Of a stretch of 32,000 nt of DNA, positions 7,536-18,170 are shown piece after piece (position 1 is the first letter of the stretch; every line of letters begins with the position of its first letter). Below the pieces are notes generated by a model. That model saw only the letters and a list, made by a program, of their open reading frames with translations. It did not search any database and was not told where the DNA came from. Source of the stretch: Geotalea uraniireducens Rf4 (GTDB lineage: Bacteria; Desulfobacterota; Desulfuromonadia; Geobacterales; Geobacteraceae); assembly GCF_000016745.1 (NCBI RefSeq), contig NC_009483.1, forward strand, positions 780,001-812,000, read 5' to 3'. The position numbers were made by a program, and so were the translations under genes.

Positions 7536-7695
7536 GACGTCCCGAAGGGACAGAATGCCGGTAGCCCGGCGATTTATCGCCGGGATTCATAGATGTAGTA
7601 TTCCATTTTCGTCACGTACGTGACTGAAGGATAACGCGGTTTCGACCGACCGGGGGATGAATCCCCCGGCTACAAGCATGCTGTCCCGATGGGAC
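7536..7695. repeat. MITE-like inverted-repeat element, copy 2
   Basis: Terminal inverted repeats: GTCCCGAAGGGACAGAATGCCGGTAGCC (7538-7565) against GGCTACAAGCATGCTGTCCCGATGGGAC (7667-7694). Internal CGTCACGTACGTGAC (7609-7623) and CCGGGGGATGAATCCCCCGGCTACA (7649-7673) are identical to copy 1. Confidence 0.75.
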
Positions 7696-7732
7696 GAAAA
7701 ACCGAATTTGATCTTATTTTGCCAGGAGCCGT

Positions 7733-9212
7733 CATGAAAAAATTTGCCGTTTTTATTATCTTGCTGTGCCCGCTTTACTTTGTGTCCCAGGTGCGCGCGG
7801 CCCAGATCAAGGCTTACGTAGCAGAGTTCAACGTTGCCGGCGTGCCGAACCGGGATGAACTGAAAGGGACCCTCCAGACGCTGCTTGCCTCCCGCCTGAA
7901 CAGCGAAGCGATATTCACCGTGGACGCCTCAACCGGTGCGGATGTGCTCGTAACGGGGAGCTATGCGGTGCTGGGAAAGATATTCAGTCTGGATGCGGTC
8001 GCCAGGGACAGTTCCGGCAAAGTGCTTGCGCGGGTGTTCGAGCAGGGGGAGAGCCAGGATGAACTGATTCCCGCACTTGCCAAGCTGGCACAGAAGTTGG
8101 GCGGCGAGATAGTAAAGAGTTTGCCGCCCCCGGTCGCTAAGCCCGTATCGCCTGCTCCGGCAACAGCTTTGCCTGTCCCGGTTCCTGCAGCTGCCGCACC
8201 GTCCGGCGAGATCGTCAGGGCGGAACCGGTGTCCAAATCCGGCAGCTCAAGCTGGACCAGCCAGCGACTTGACGGCGCACTGGTCGGCATTGCTCCGGGG
8301 AGAACCCTGGAAAACGGCGTGCGTGAATTATATGTCGTTGACGATCACGCCCTCCGTCTCTATCGCCAGGGAAAAGAGTTGGAACTCGTTGCCGAAGTTA
8401 CCTTCGGCGATTCCGAACAAATACTCGGCGTAGATACGGCCGCCCTGGATGGTGACGGGATTTCCGAAGCCTATCTGACCATGTTGAGCGGCGATAATCT
8501 GGCATCGCAGGTCTGGGTCGCCCGGGACGGGAGATTGCAGAAGGTTGCGGAAAATCTACCTTACTTCTTCCGGGCTATTGCCCTGGACGGGAAGGAAAAA
8601 AGGATCTACGTGCAGGAGATGGGACGCGATGCCGATTTTTATGGCGATGTGTATGAACTGGTAAGAAAAGACGCCAAATTCGAGAAGCAAAATCCCATCA
8701 AGCTTCCCCGCTTCGGCTTTCTTTATAACTTCAACCGCTTTACAGATGCCAAAGGGGGGAGCCACTACGTGCTGATAAACGCGGACGGTTACGTCATCGT
8801 CTATTCTGCCGCAGGGGAAGAGTTGTGGCGCAGCAGCGACAAGTTCGGCGGAAGCGAACTGTATTTCAAACGACAGGATCTGGCTAATGTGAGGACAACC
8901 GGCGATCAATACCGGTGGACATTCCTTGAGCAGCGCATTGTCGTGACTCCAGAGGGTGAAATCATCGTGCCAAAGAACAGCGGCTTGTTCGTCTTCGGCA
9001 CAAACCGTTCCTATAAGAAGAATTCCGTGTTTTCCTTTGCCTGGAACGGTTCAACCCTCGATGAAAGGTGGCATACAAAGGAGAGCCAGAATTATCTGGC
9101 CGATTATTCTTTCGATGCTCCCCGCAAGGAGCTGATCCTTCTCGAAGTGGTAAAGAAGGAAGGCTTGATTGAAAAGGGAGCGAGTGCCATTGTTGTGAAG
9201 AGGGTGGAGTAG
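7733..9212 (+). CDS. Secreted protein with N-terminal alpha/beta domain, Pro/Ala linker and FG-GAP/VCBS-like C-terminal region; function unknown
   Basis: ATG at 7733 after AGGAG (7723-7727). Signal peptide MKKFAVFIILLCPLYFVSQVRA. Linker PPPVAKPVSPAPATALPVPVPAAAAP. DGDGISEAY is a Ca-binding FG-GAP-like motif. The 7689 start in the track lies within the repeat. Confidence 0.65.
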
Positions 9213-9243
9213 TTCCGGACGGTAATCTCGTTCATGTCTTTGC

Positions 9244-9276
9244 AGGGGCGCCGCAAGCCGGCGCCCCTCTTTTTTT
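9244..9276 (+). terminator. Rho-independent terminator
   Basis: GGGGCGCCG (9245-9253) pairs with CGGCGCCCC (9259-9267), followed by a T-run (9270-9276). Confidence 0.85.
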
Positions 9277-9291
9277 GCGGGGATTTAATCG

Positions 9292-9320
9292 TTGACATCC
9301 CCTTTGTATACTGCTAGGAT
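9292..9320 (+). promoter_or_regulatory. Sigma70-like promoter TTGACA-17-TAGGAT upstream of hisZ-purA
   Basis: TTGACA at 9292-9297 and TAGGAT at 9315-9320. Confidence 0.4.
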
Positions 9321-9380
9321 TTCAGGCGTTTTGCGTTCTGTTTGGCGCATTTGCAACGATAACTAAAATACACTTTTATC

Positions 9381-12003
<2,623 letters not shown>

Positions 12004-12025
12004 AAAAATATTTTGTAAAAAAAGC

Positions 12026-12054
12026 TTGACCATCGTAAAAAGATTTGATATAAG
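12026..12054 (+). promoter_or_regulatory. tRNA operon promoter TTGACC-17-TATAAG with an A/T-rich UP-like tract
   Basis: TTGACC at 12026-12031 and TATAAG at 12049-12054. The upstream sequence AAAAAATATTTTGTAAAAAAAG is A/T-rich. Confidence 0.55.
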
Positions 12055-12082
12055 TTTGTTCTTTCCTGACGCCAGCAGAAAT

Positions 12083-12158
12083 GAGCCGCTAGCTCAGTCG
12101 GTAGAGCACCTGACTTTTAATCAGGTGGTCGTTGGTTCGACCCCAACGCGGCTCACCA
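12083..12158 (+). tRNA. tRNA-Lys (anticodon UUU), CCA encoded
   Basis: Cloverleaf by eye: acceptor GAGCCGC/GCGGCTC, D stem GCTC/GAGC, anticodon stem CCTGA/TCAGG with loop CTTTTAA, T stem GTTGG/CCAAC with loop TTCGACC. Confidence 0.93.
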
Positions 12159-12159
12159 T

Positions 12160-12237
<78 letters not shown>

Positions 12238-12245
12238 AAAATGAC

Positions 12246-12278
12246 AGCCCTTCCGCACCATGCGGAAGGGCTTTTTTT
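12246..12278 (+). terminator. Rho-independent terminator of the tRNA operon
   Basis: GCCCTTCCGCA (12247-12257) pairs with TGCGGAAGGGC (12261-12271), followed by T7. Confidence 0.85.
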
Positions 12279-12591
12279 GTCTCACGGTCCAACGACGGTC
12301 CCACCGTTTACTTTGGTCCTTTCCGGCGTTTCCACCCATCAACAACGACCTCGAAAATACAAATCTCGGCAATTTCCCTTTCCCATCAAAATTCTGCGTA
12401 GCATAAAGACTGACGGCTTTTTGTGCGAGCTCGAAAATGCGCAAGTCGCTCGGGTTGCCTGCGCTTGCATTCTTCAAACCGTTCACCGCTGCTTTTTCAC
12501 TGACGCAACAATCGTTGGCTGGTTTTGCCGATCCTCTCGCTTACTCATATTTGTAAAGATAAAAAGCGAAGTGAACAAACAATTCGCTTTA

Positions 12592-12605
12592 TTGACTTTG
12601 ATCAA
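12592..12605. promoter_or_regulatory. CRP/FNR-family box TTGAC-N4-ATCAA (candidate HcpR/FNR-type site) upstream of hcp
   Basis: TTGACTTTGATCAA matches the FNR consensus TTGAT-N4-ATCAA at 9 of 10 positions. A TAAGGT -10-like hexamer at 12628-12633 is compatible with a class II (-41.5) arrangement. Confidence 0.5.
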
Positions 12606-12803
12606 GGTTTCGCCGTTTCAATAACGGTAAGGTGACATCATCACCGGGGCGCACAGAGATGATGAACTCTGAAGCTCAAAAACCAATGAACAGCCCTTCC
12701 GGCAGGCCGGGGAGGGTAGGAGAGAATGATGAAAAAGATTATGCAATGGTTCGGTTTTTCCACATCTGCTGCAAACACCAACAAAACAACAAAGGAGGAA
12801 GTA

Positions 12804-14438
12804 ATGTCGAACATGTTCTGTTACCAGTGTGAACAGGCCGCCAACGGCGGCTGCACCAAAGTCGGGGTCTGCGGCAAGCAGCCGGACGTGGCCGCCCTGC
12901 AGGACCAACTCGTCTATGCCATGAAGGGGATCGCCTATTGGGCCGACAAAGCCCGGACAAAGGGAGCCAAGGATCAGGAGATCGACCGCTTCATGCTCGA
13001 CGGCCTCTTTACCACCGTCACCAACGTGGATTTCAGCGCCGACGAGATCGCCAAGCTGGTCCGCCAGGCGGCCGGACTCCGCGACAAGGCCCAGGCCCTT
13101 TTTGAATCGGCCAATGGCGGCCCAAACGCCGGCAGCGTCCCCGAGGCGGCCCGCCCTTTTGCCCCCGGCACCACGGCCGAACTGGCGACTCTCGGAGCAA
13201 GGCACGGGGTGAAAGATGACAGCATCGACCCTGACGTGAAGTCGGTCCAGGAGATCCTCGTTTATGGTATGAAAGGTTATGCTGCTTACGCCCACCACGC
13301 CTTGGTGATCGGCCTGGAAAACGATGATATCTACGCCTTCACCCATAAGGCCCTTGCCGCCACTCTCGACAAGAACCTGGGACTGATGGACTTCGTCACC
13401 CTCGCCATGGAGTGCGGCAGGATTAACCTGGTGACCATGGAACTGCTCAACAAGGCCAACACCGACAGCTACGGTCACCCGGTCCCAACCCCTGTACAGC
13501 TCGGCACCAGGGCGGGCAAGGCCATCCTCGTCTCGGGCCACGACCTGCGCATGCTGGAGGAACTGCTGAAGCAGACCGAGGGGACCGGCGTCAATGTCTA
13601 TACCCACGGCGAGATGCTCCCCGCCCACGGCTATCCGGGCCTGAAGAAGTACTCCCACCTGGCGGGCAATTTCGGCGGCGCTTGGCAGGATCAGGCCAAG
13701 GAATTTGCCAACTTTCCCGGCGCCATCATCTTCAATACCAACTGCATCCAGCGTCCGGCCGAAAGTTACAAGGACCGCCTCTTCACCTGGGGCCTGGTGC
13801 AGTGGCCCGACGTCAAGAATATTGAAGGCTGGGACTTTTCCCAGGTAATCAGGAAAGCCCGGGAACTCCCCGGTTTTCCGGAGAACCCCGGCAAGGAGAT
13901 CCTGACCGGCTTCGGCCACAACGCAGTGCTCGGCGTTGCCGACAAGGTGATTGCAGCGGTCAAGGCCGGCCAGATCCGCCATTTCTTCCTGATAGGCGGC
14001 TGCGACGGCGCCAAGAGCGGCCGCAACTACTACACCGAGTTTGCCGAGAAGGTACCGAAGGACTGCGTCATCCTCACTCTGGCCTGTGGCAAGTACCGCT
14101 TCAACAAACTCGATTTCGGCGACATCGGCGGCATTCCGCGCCTGCTCGATATCGGCCAGTGCAACGATGCCTACTCGGCGATCCAGATCGCCGTGGCCCT
14201 GGCTGGCGCCTTTGAGTGCGGGGTGAATGACCTGCCGCTGTCGATGATCCTCTCCTGGTATGAACAGAAGGCGGTAGCGATCCTTCTGACCCTGCTCCAC
14301 CTGGGAATCAAGAACATCAAGCTCGGTCCGACGCTGCCGGCCTTCATCACCCCCAATGTTCTCAACTTTCTGGTGGAGAACTTCAACATCGCGCCGATCG
14401 CCACTGCTGAAGAGGATCTCAAACAAATCCTCGGCTAA
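12804..14438 (+). CDS. hcp: Hybrid cluster protein (hydroxylamine/NO reductase Hcp)
   Basis: ATG at 12804 after AAGGAGG. N-terminal CYQCEQAANGGCTKVGVCGK (Cx2Cx7Cx5C), with CGKYRFN and GQCNDAYSA downstream. An in-frame ATG at 12726, also with a GGAGAG RBS, would add 26 aa. Confidence 0.93.
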   Translation: MSNMFCYQCEQAANGGCTKVGVCGKQPDVAALQDQLVYAMKGIAYWADKARTKGAKDQEIDRFMLDGLFTTVTNVDFSADEIAKLVRQAAGLRDKAQALFESANGGPNAGSVPEAARPFAPGTTAELATLGARHGVKDDSIDPDVKSVQEILVYGMKGYAAYAHHALVIGLENDDIYAFTHKALAATLDKNLGLMDFVTLAMECGRINLVTMELLNKANTDSYGHPVPTPVQLGTRAGKAILVSGHDLRMLEELLKQTEGTGVNVYTHGEMLPAHGYPGLKKYSHLAGNFGGAWQDQAKEFANFPGAIIFNTNCIQRPAESYKDRLFTWGLVQWPDVKNIEGWDFSQVIRKARELPGFPENPGKEILTGFGHNAVLGVADKVIAAVKAGQIRHFFLIGGCDGAKSGRNYYTEFAEKVPKDCVILTLACGKYRFNKLDFGDIGGIPRLLDIGQCNDAYSAIQIAVALAGAFECGVNDLPLSMILSWYEQKAVAILLTLLHLGIKNIKLGPTLPAFITPNVLNFLVENFNIAPIATAEEDLKQILG

Positions 14439-14462
14439 AGACTATCACGGCATTATGAGGAG

Positions 14463-14489
14463 GCGGGGGGCACAGCCCCCCGCTTTTTT
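14463..14489 (+). terminator. Rho-independent terminator after hcp
   Basis: GCGGGGGG (14463-14470) pairs with CCCCCCGC (14476-14483), followed by T6. Confidence 0.85.
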
Positions 14490-14538
14490 AGTATGTAATC
14501 TGCGAAAAAAATGGCTAGCGCCGGCAACAGGAGAAACC

Positions 14539-15003
14539 ATGCAGCTCCGCATCACTAAAAGTCTCGTTTTGACAATCCTTTCGACTGTCTTGGGAGGACT
14601 TGCAATAGCGGCATTCATGCTTGTCGGCCCACCCAAGCTCCTTGCAAAATCAGAGTCCCCTGATTTCTGCGCGAGCTGCCACGTGATGGGGGAAGAGCAC
14701 GCCGCCTGGCGTCATGCCGGCGCACACCGGCGCATCAGATGCGTCGACTGTCACCTCCCCAACGGCAACCCGGTTGCACACTACGTCTGGAAATCCATCG
14801 ACGGAATGAAAGACGTCATCTCGTTCAATACGGGGCTCGTTCCCGAAACAATCATGCTTTCCCCACATGGTGAAAAGGTTGTCCAGGCAAACTGTATCAG
14901 GTGTCACGAGGCAACCGTAGCCCGAATGGATACGACCCGGACGTGCTGGGGGTGTCACCGCCGGCTGCGCCACCGGCTGACCGGTACCATTTCTTTCCGC
15001 TAA
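14539..15003 (+). CDS. nrfH: Tetraheme membrane quinol dehydrogenase NrfH (NapC/NirT family)
   Basis: N-terminal TM helix and four CxxCH motifs (CASCH, CVDCH, CIRCH, CWGCH). ATG at 14539 after GGAGAA. Directly upstream of nrfA. Confidence 0.9.
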   Translation: MQLRITKSLVLTILSTVLGGLAIAAFMLVGPPKLLAKSESPDFCASCHVMGEEHAAWRHAGAHRRIRCVDCHLPNGNPVAHYVWKSIDGMKDVISFNTGLVPETIMLSPHGEKVVQANCIRCHEATVARMDTTRTCWGCHRRLRHRLTGTISFR

Positions 15004-15031
15004 TAGTCGCAAAATCGAAAGGAGAAGAAAC

Positions 15032-16486
15032 ATGCAAATGAAATTCGTGAAAATCCTCGCTTTGCCGGTACTCCTGATTGCCATCGCCCTCTGGTTCGGT
15101 TGCGCGCCGAAAAAGGTGGAGCGGGTGAAGACGGCAGAAATCGCCGATGGGACTGTCGATCCGGCCCAGTGGGGGAAGGTGTATCCTGTCGAATATGATC
15201 TCTGGAAAAAAACCGGTGAGCCGACCCCGGCAGGCAAAAGCAGGTACAAACGCGGCTACGATGAGGGTGAGGCCCGTCCGGACAAGCTCGACGAGTTCCC
15301 CTTTTTGGCGCTTCTCTATAACGGCTGGGCATTCGGCACAGAATACAAGGAGCCGCGGGGGCATTTCTTTATGGTGCAGGACCAGCTGGAGGTGGATCCG
15401 GGGCGAATAAAGGCGGGAGGTTCTTGCCTCACTTGCAAGACCCCATACGCACCGGTTCTCCAGAAGCAGATGGGACGGGACTACTTCGCCAAGCCCTATA
15501 CCGAGGTGCATGAGAAGATTCCCGATGAGCACCAGACCCTTGGCGTATCCTGCATTGACTGCCATAACAACAGGGACATGTCGCTCAAAATCTCTCGAGG
15601 CTTTACCCTCGGCAAGGCACTGGAGACGATCGGCGTCGAAGAAAGGAAGCTGACCCAGCAGGACATGCGGACCCTGGTCTGCGCCCAGTGTCATGTCACG
15701 TACAGCATAACCAAAGATGCCCAAATGAAGTCGACGGACGTCTTCTTCCCCTGGGAGGGAGGCACGATGGGTAACATCACCATTGAAAACATCATAAAGA
15801 AGCTGCGAAGCAACCCGCCGAGCAGGGAGTGGACCCAGAGCGTCACAGGCTTCCGACTGGCCTTCATCCGGCATCCGGAGTTCGAGCTCTTCTCCAACAA
15901 TAGCGTCCACTGGAATGCCGGGGTCGCCTGTTCCGACTGTCACATGCCCTACACCAAGGTGGGGAGCCAGAAGGTGTCGGACCACCGGGTCATGAGCCCG
16001 CTCAAGAATGATCTGAAGGCATGCCAGCAGTGCCATGCCGAGAGCCCGGAATGGCTGCGCAACCAGGTCTTCGCCATCCAGGACCGGACCATGTCTCTCT
16101 TTATCCGATCCGGTTATGCCACAGCCACGGTGGCCAAGCTCTTCGAAATGGCGAACAGAGCCGAGACCGGTGGAAAACGGATCGACAGGACGCTCTATGA
16201 CCAGGCGAAGAACCATTACGAGGAAGCCTTCTACAGGGTGATCTACATCGGCGCCGAGAACTCGGTCGGCTTCCACAACCCGACCGAGGCAATGCGCATC
16301 CTGGGCGATGCGGCCAGCCAGGCGGGAAAGGCGGAAGGACTTCTGCGCCAGGCCCTTGCCAAGGCCGGGATAGCAGTGCCGGTGAAGGTCGACCTGGAGC
16401 TGGCGAAGTATGTCAACAACCGGGGAGCGAAGAAGCTCATGTTCAAACCCGAGCACGAAATCAAGGACCCTCTGGCAACCAGGTAG
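15032..16486 (+). CDS. nrfA: Pentaheme cytochrome c nitrite reductase NrfA
   Basis: One CxxCK (CLTCK, the diagnostic active-site heme motif) and four CxxCH (CIDCH, CAQCH, CSDCH, CQQCH). Signal or lipoprotein-like N-terminus ...ALWFGC. RBS AAAGGAGAA. Confidence 0.93.
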   Translation: MQMKFVKILALPVLLIAIALWFGCAPKKVERVKTAEIADGTVDPAQWGKVYPVEYDLWKKTGEPTPAGKSRYKRGYDEGEARPDKLDEFPFLALLYNGWAFGTEYKEPRGHFFMVQDQLEVDPGRIKAGGSCLTCKTPYAPVLQKQMGRDYFAKPYTEVHEKIPDEHQTLGVSCIDCHNNRDMSLKISRGFTLGKALETIGVEERKLTQQDMRTLVCAQCHVTYSITKDAQMKSTDVFFPWEGGTMGNITIENIIKKLRSNPPSREWTQSVTGFRLAFIRHPEFELFSNNSVHWNAGVACSDCHMPYTKVGSQKVSDHRVMSPLKNDLKACQQCHAESPEWLRNQVFAIQDRTMSLFIRSGYATATVAKLFEMANRAETGGKRIDRTLYDQAKNHYEEAFYRVIYIGAENSVGFHNPTEAMRILGDAASQAGKAEGLLRQALAKAGIAVPVKVDLELAKYVNNRGAKKLMFKPEHEIKDPLATR

Positions 16487-16498
16487 TAATAGCCAAAT

Positions 16499-16523
16499 GG
16501 GGGCGAGGATTTTCATCGCCCCC
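16499..16523 (+). other. GC hairpin after nrfA (terminator-like, no T-run)
   Basis: GGGGGCGA (16499-16506) pairs with TCGCCCCC (16516-16523), with a 9-nt loop. It is followed by GAATTG, so it is not a canonical intrinsic terminator. Confidence 0.4.
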
Positions 16524-16531
16524 GAATTGAT

Positions 16532-16590
16532 GTAACTATTCAGCATATCCTGATAAACCAGTCGGTTCCTTCGCTGTGCTGAATAGTTAC
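16532..16590. repeat. Perfect 14-bp inverted repeat with a 31-nt spacer
   Basis: GTAACTATTCAGCA (16532-16545) is exactly complementary to TGCTGAATAGTTAC (16577-16590). Confidence 0.7.
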
Positions 16591-16645
16591 CCATTGATTA
16601 AGAAAGAACTTCCGACTTGCCCTATCTTTGGAAAACCCGGTAGGG

Positions 16646-17185
16646 ATGGAGACCAGCCAGATGAGAAACAGGCTTGCACGCATGCCCGGCAAGATGAAAG
16701 GGCAATTCAGGGGAAATCACTCAAAGTTATCATTGAAGTACGCGGTATGGGGATTGGTCAGCGGAACGTTATCGATCCTCGCCATACTGGCGGTAACCAA
16801 AATGGCGGGATATCCGCTCCTCATCGGCTCTTTCGGCGCATCTGCGGTTCTTCTCTTCGGTGCTTCCGATTCGCCGTTGGCCCAACCGAGAAATCTGATC
16901 GGTGGCCATCTCGTCTCGGCCGTGGCGGCCGTTATTATCGTGGCACTGGGGGGATCCGGTTCATACGCAATCGCCTTTGCGGTGGGGCTTGCCATCTTCC
17001 TCATGTACATCACCCATACCGTTCATCCTCCCGGCGGCGCAACCGCTCTGATCGGCGTGCAGGGACACGCGGGCTATGCCTATGTCCTACTTCCGGTCTT
17101 CGCCGGGGCGCTCATTCTTTTGATCGTCGCCCTTTTCACCAACAACTTAGTCCACCATCGGCAGTACCCGAAACACTGGCTCTGA
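16646..17185 (+). CDS. HPP-family integral membrane protein (putative nitrite transporter family)
   Basis: Signature THTVHPPGGATALIG and 4-5 hydrophobic helices. The start is uncertain: TTG at 16628, ATG at 16646 or ATG at 16661. Confidence 0.8.
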   Translation: METSQMRNRLARMPGKMKGQFRGNHSKLSLKYAVWGLVSGTLSILAILAVTKMAGYPLLIGSFGASAVLLFGASDSPLAQPRNLIGGHLVSAVAAVIIVALGGSGSYAIAFAVGLAIFLMYITHTVHPPGGATALIGVQGHAGYAYVLLPVFAGALILLIVALFTNNLVHHRQYPKHWL

Positions 17186-17345
17186 CACTTTCGGGGCTTC
17201 CTGACGGGACGACATGCCTTCCAAGGGACGCCGAACATTAACGAGCTTGTTTATTTTCAGCAAAAGATGTAATCTTTTTACACCGATGTCCATTTGCCCA
17301 TGCTGCTTGAGGCAGGTGGCATAATAAATTTTCAGAGGGTATTTC

Positions 17346-18170
17346 ATGAAAACTACAGCAAAGATTTCGACCATGTTTCTGGTTCTCACGCTGCCGGCTG
17401 CCGGGTACTATGTGAATATTGCTTCCGCCATGCCCGGGATGAGCGATGCCTCGGCAAGCCCTGCGGTGGCAACCACTGAAAAAGCGACACAGGGTATGCC
17501 GCAAGGGCATCAGTCCATGCAACCGGCGGAGCAAGCCGGCGCGAAAATAACCGGCAAGGTTGTGGAAACCATGAGCAGTGGCGGTTACACGTATGCGCTC
17601 CTGGAGAACAAGGGGGTAAAGACCTGGGTTGCGATGCCGGAAACAACGGTGGCTGTCGGGCAGGAGCTGGCGTTTGACGGTGGCAGTGAGATGTGGAATT
17701 TTAAAAGCAAATCTCTCGGCCGCACCTTCGAGAAGATAATGTTCTGTAACGCTCCCTTGAAAAATGTCGGTGGCGAAGAAGATGGTAAAATGGCAGGAAA
17801 GGTTTCCGTCGGCAGTGAAATGGCGGTGACCGTGACGAACGAGAAAATCAAGGTGGAAAAGGCGACCGGCGAGAACGCTTATACGGTGGCAGAGGTTTAT
17901 GCGAACAAGGCCGGTCTCGATAACAAGCGGGTTGTCGTCAGAGGCAAGGTCGTCAAGGTCTCCTCGGGGATCATGGACAAAAACTGGATTCACGTGCAGG
18001 ACGGCAGTGGCGATGCCAAAACCAAAACGAACAACCTGGTGGTGACCTCGCAGGATGTGCCGAAGGTGGGCGATGTTGTGACGGTGACCGGCACCCTTTA
18101 CAAGGACAAGGATTTCGGCGGTGGCTACAAGTATGGCGTGATTGTCGAAGAAGCGACCATCAAGCCATAG
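17346..18170 (+). CDS. Periplasmic protein with two OB-fold-like modules, function unknown
   Basis: Signal peptide MKTTAKISTMFLVLTLPAAGYYVNIASA. Two modules, GKVVETMSSGGYTYALLENKG... and VVVRGKVVKVSSGIMDKNWIHVQDGSG...VTVTGTLYKDKDFGGGYKYGVIVEEA, resemble bacterial OB-fold (BOF/YgiW-like) proteins. Confidence 0.6.
   Translation: MKTTAKISTMFLVLTLPAAGYYVNIASAMPGMSDASASPAVATTEKATQGMPQGHQSMQPAEQAGAKITGKVVETMSSGGYTYALLENKGVKTWVAMPETTVAVGQELAFDGGSEMWNFKSKSLGRTFEKIMFCNAPLKNVGGEEDGKMAGKVSVGSEMAVTVTNEKIKVEKATGENAYTVAEVYANKAGLDNKRVVVRGKVVKVSSGIMDKNWIHVQDGSGDAKTKTNNLVVTSQDVPKVGDVVTVTGTLYKDKDFGGGYKYGVIVEEATIKP

Noticed and set aside
12726-12803. An in-frame upstream start would add 26 aa (MMKKIMQWFGFSTSAANTNKTTKEEV) to Hcp, or define a leader peptide
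   Set aside because: The ATG at 12804 has the stronger RBS (AAGGAGG) and gives the conserved M..MFCYQCEQ N-terminus. The upstream ATG has a plausible GGAGAG, so I cannot exclude it, but there is no separate stop to define a leader peptide.
12618-14426. 602-aa minus-strand ORF antisense to hcp; also 14897-16594 (565 aa) antisense to nrfA, 19200-20228 antisense to the cyclase, and 17238-18254 antisense to the OB-fold gene
   Set aside because: All fully shadow sense-strand genes that have diagnostic motifs (Cys clusters, CxxCH/CxxCK, cyclase motifs). Their translations are compositionally biased and lack RBS or start context.
14490-14538. Sigma54-type promoter (TGGCTAGCGCCGGCA) upstream of nrfH
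   Set aside because: The GG-to-GC spacing is one nucleotide shorter than the TGGCAC-N5-TTGC consensus, and the -12 element is poor.
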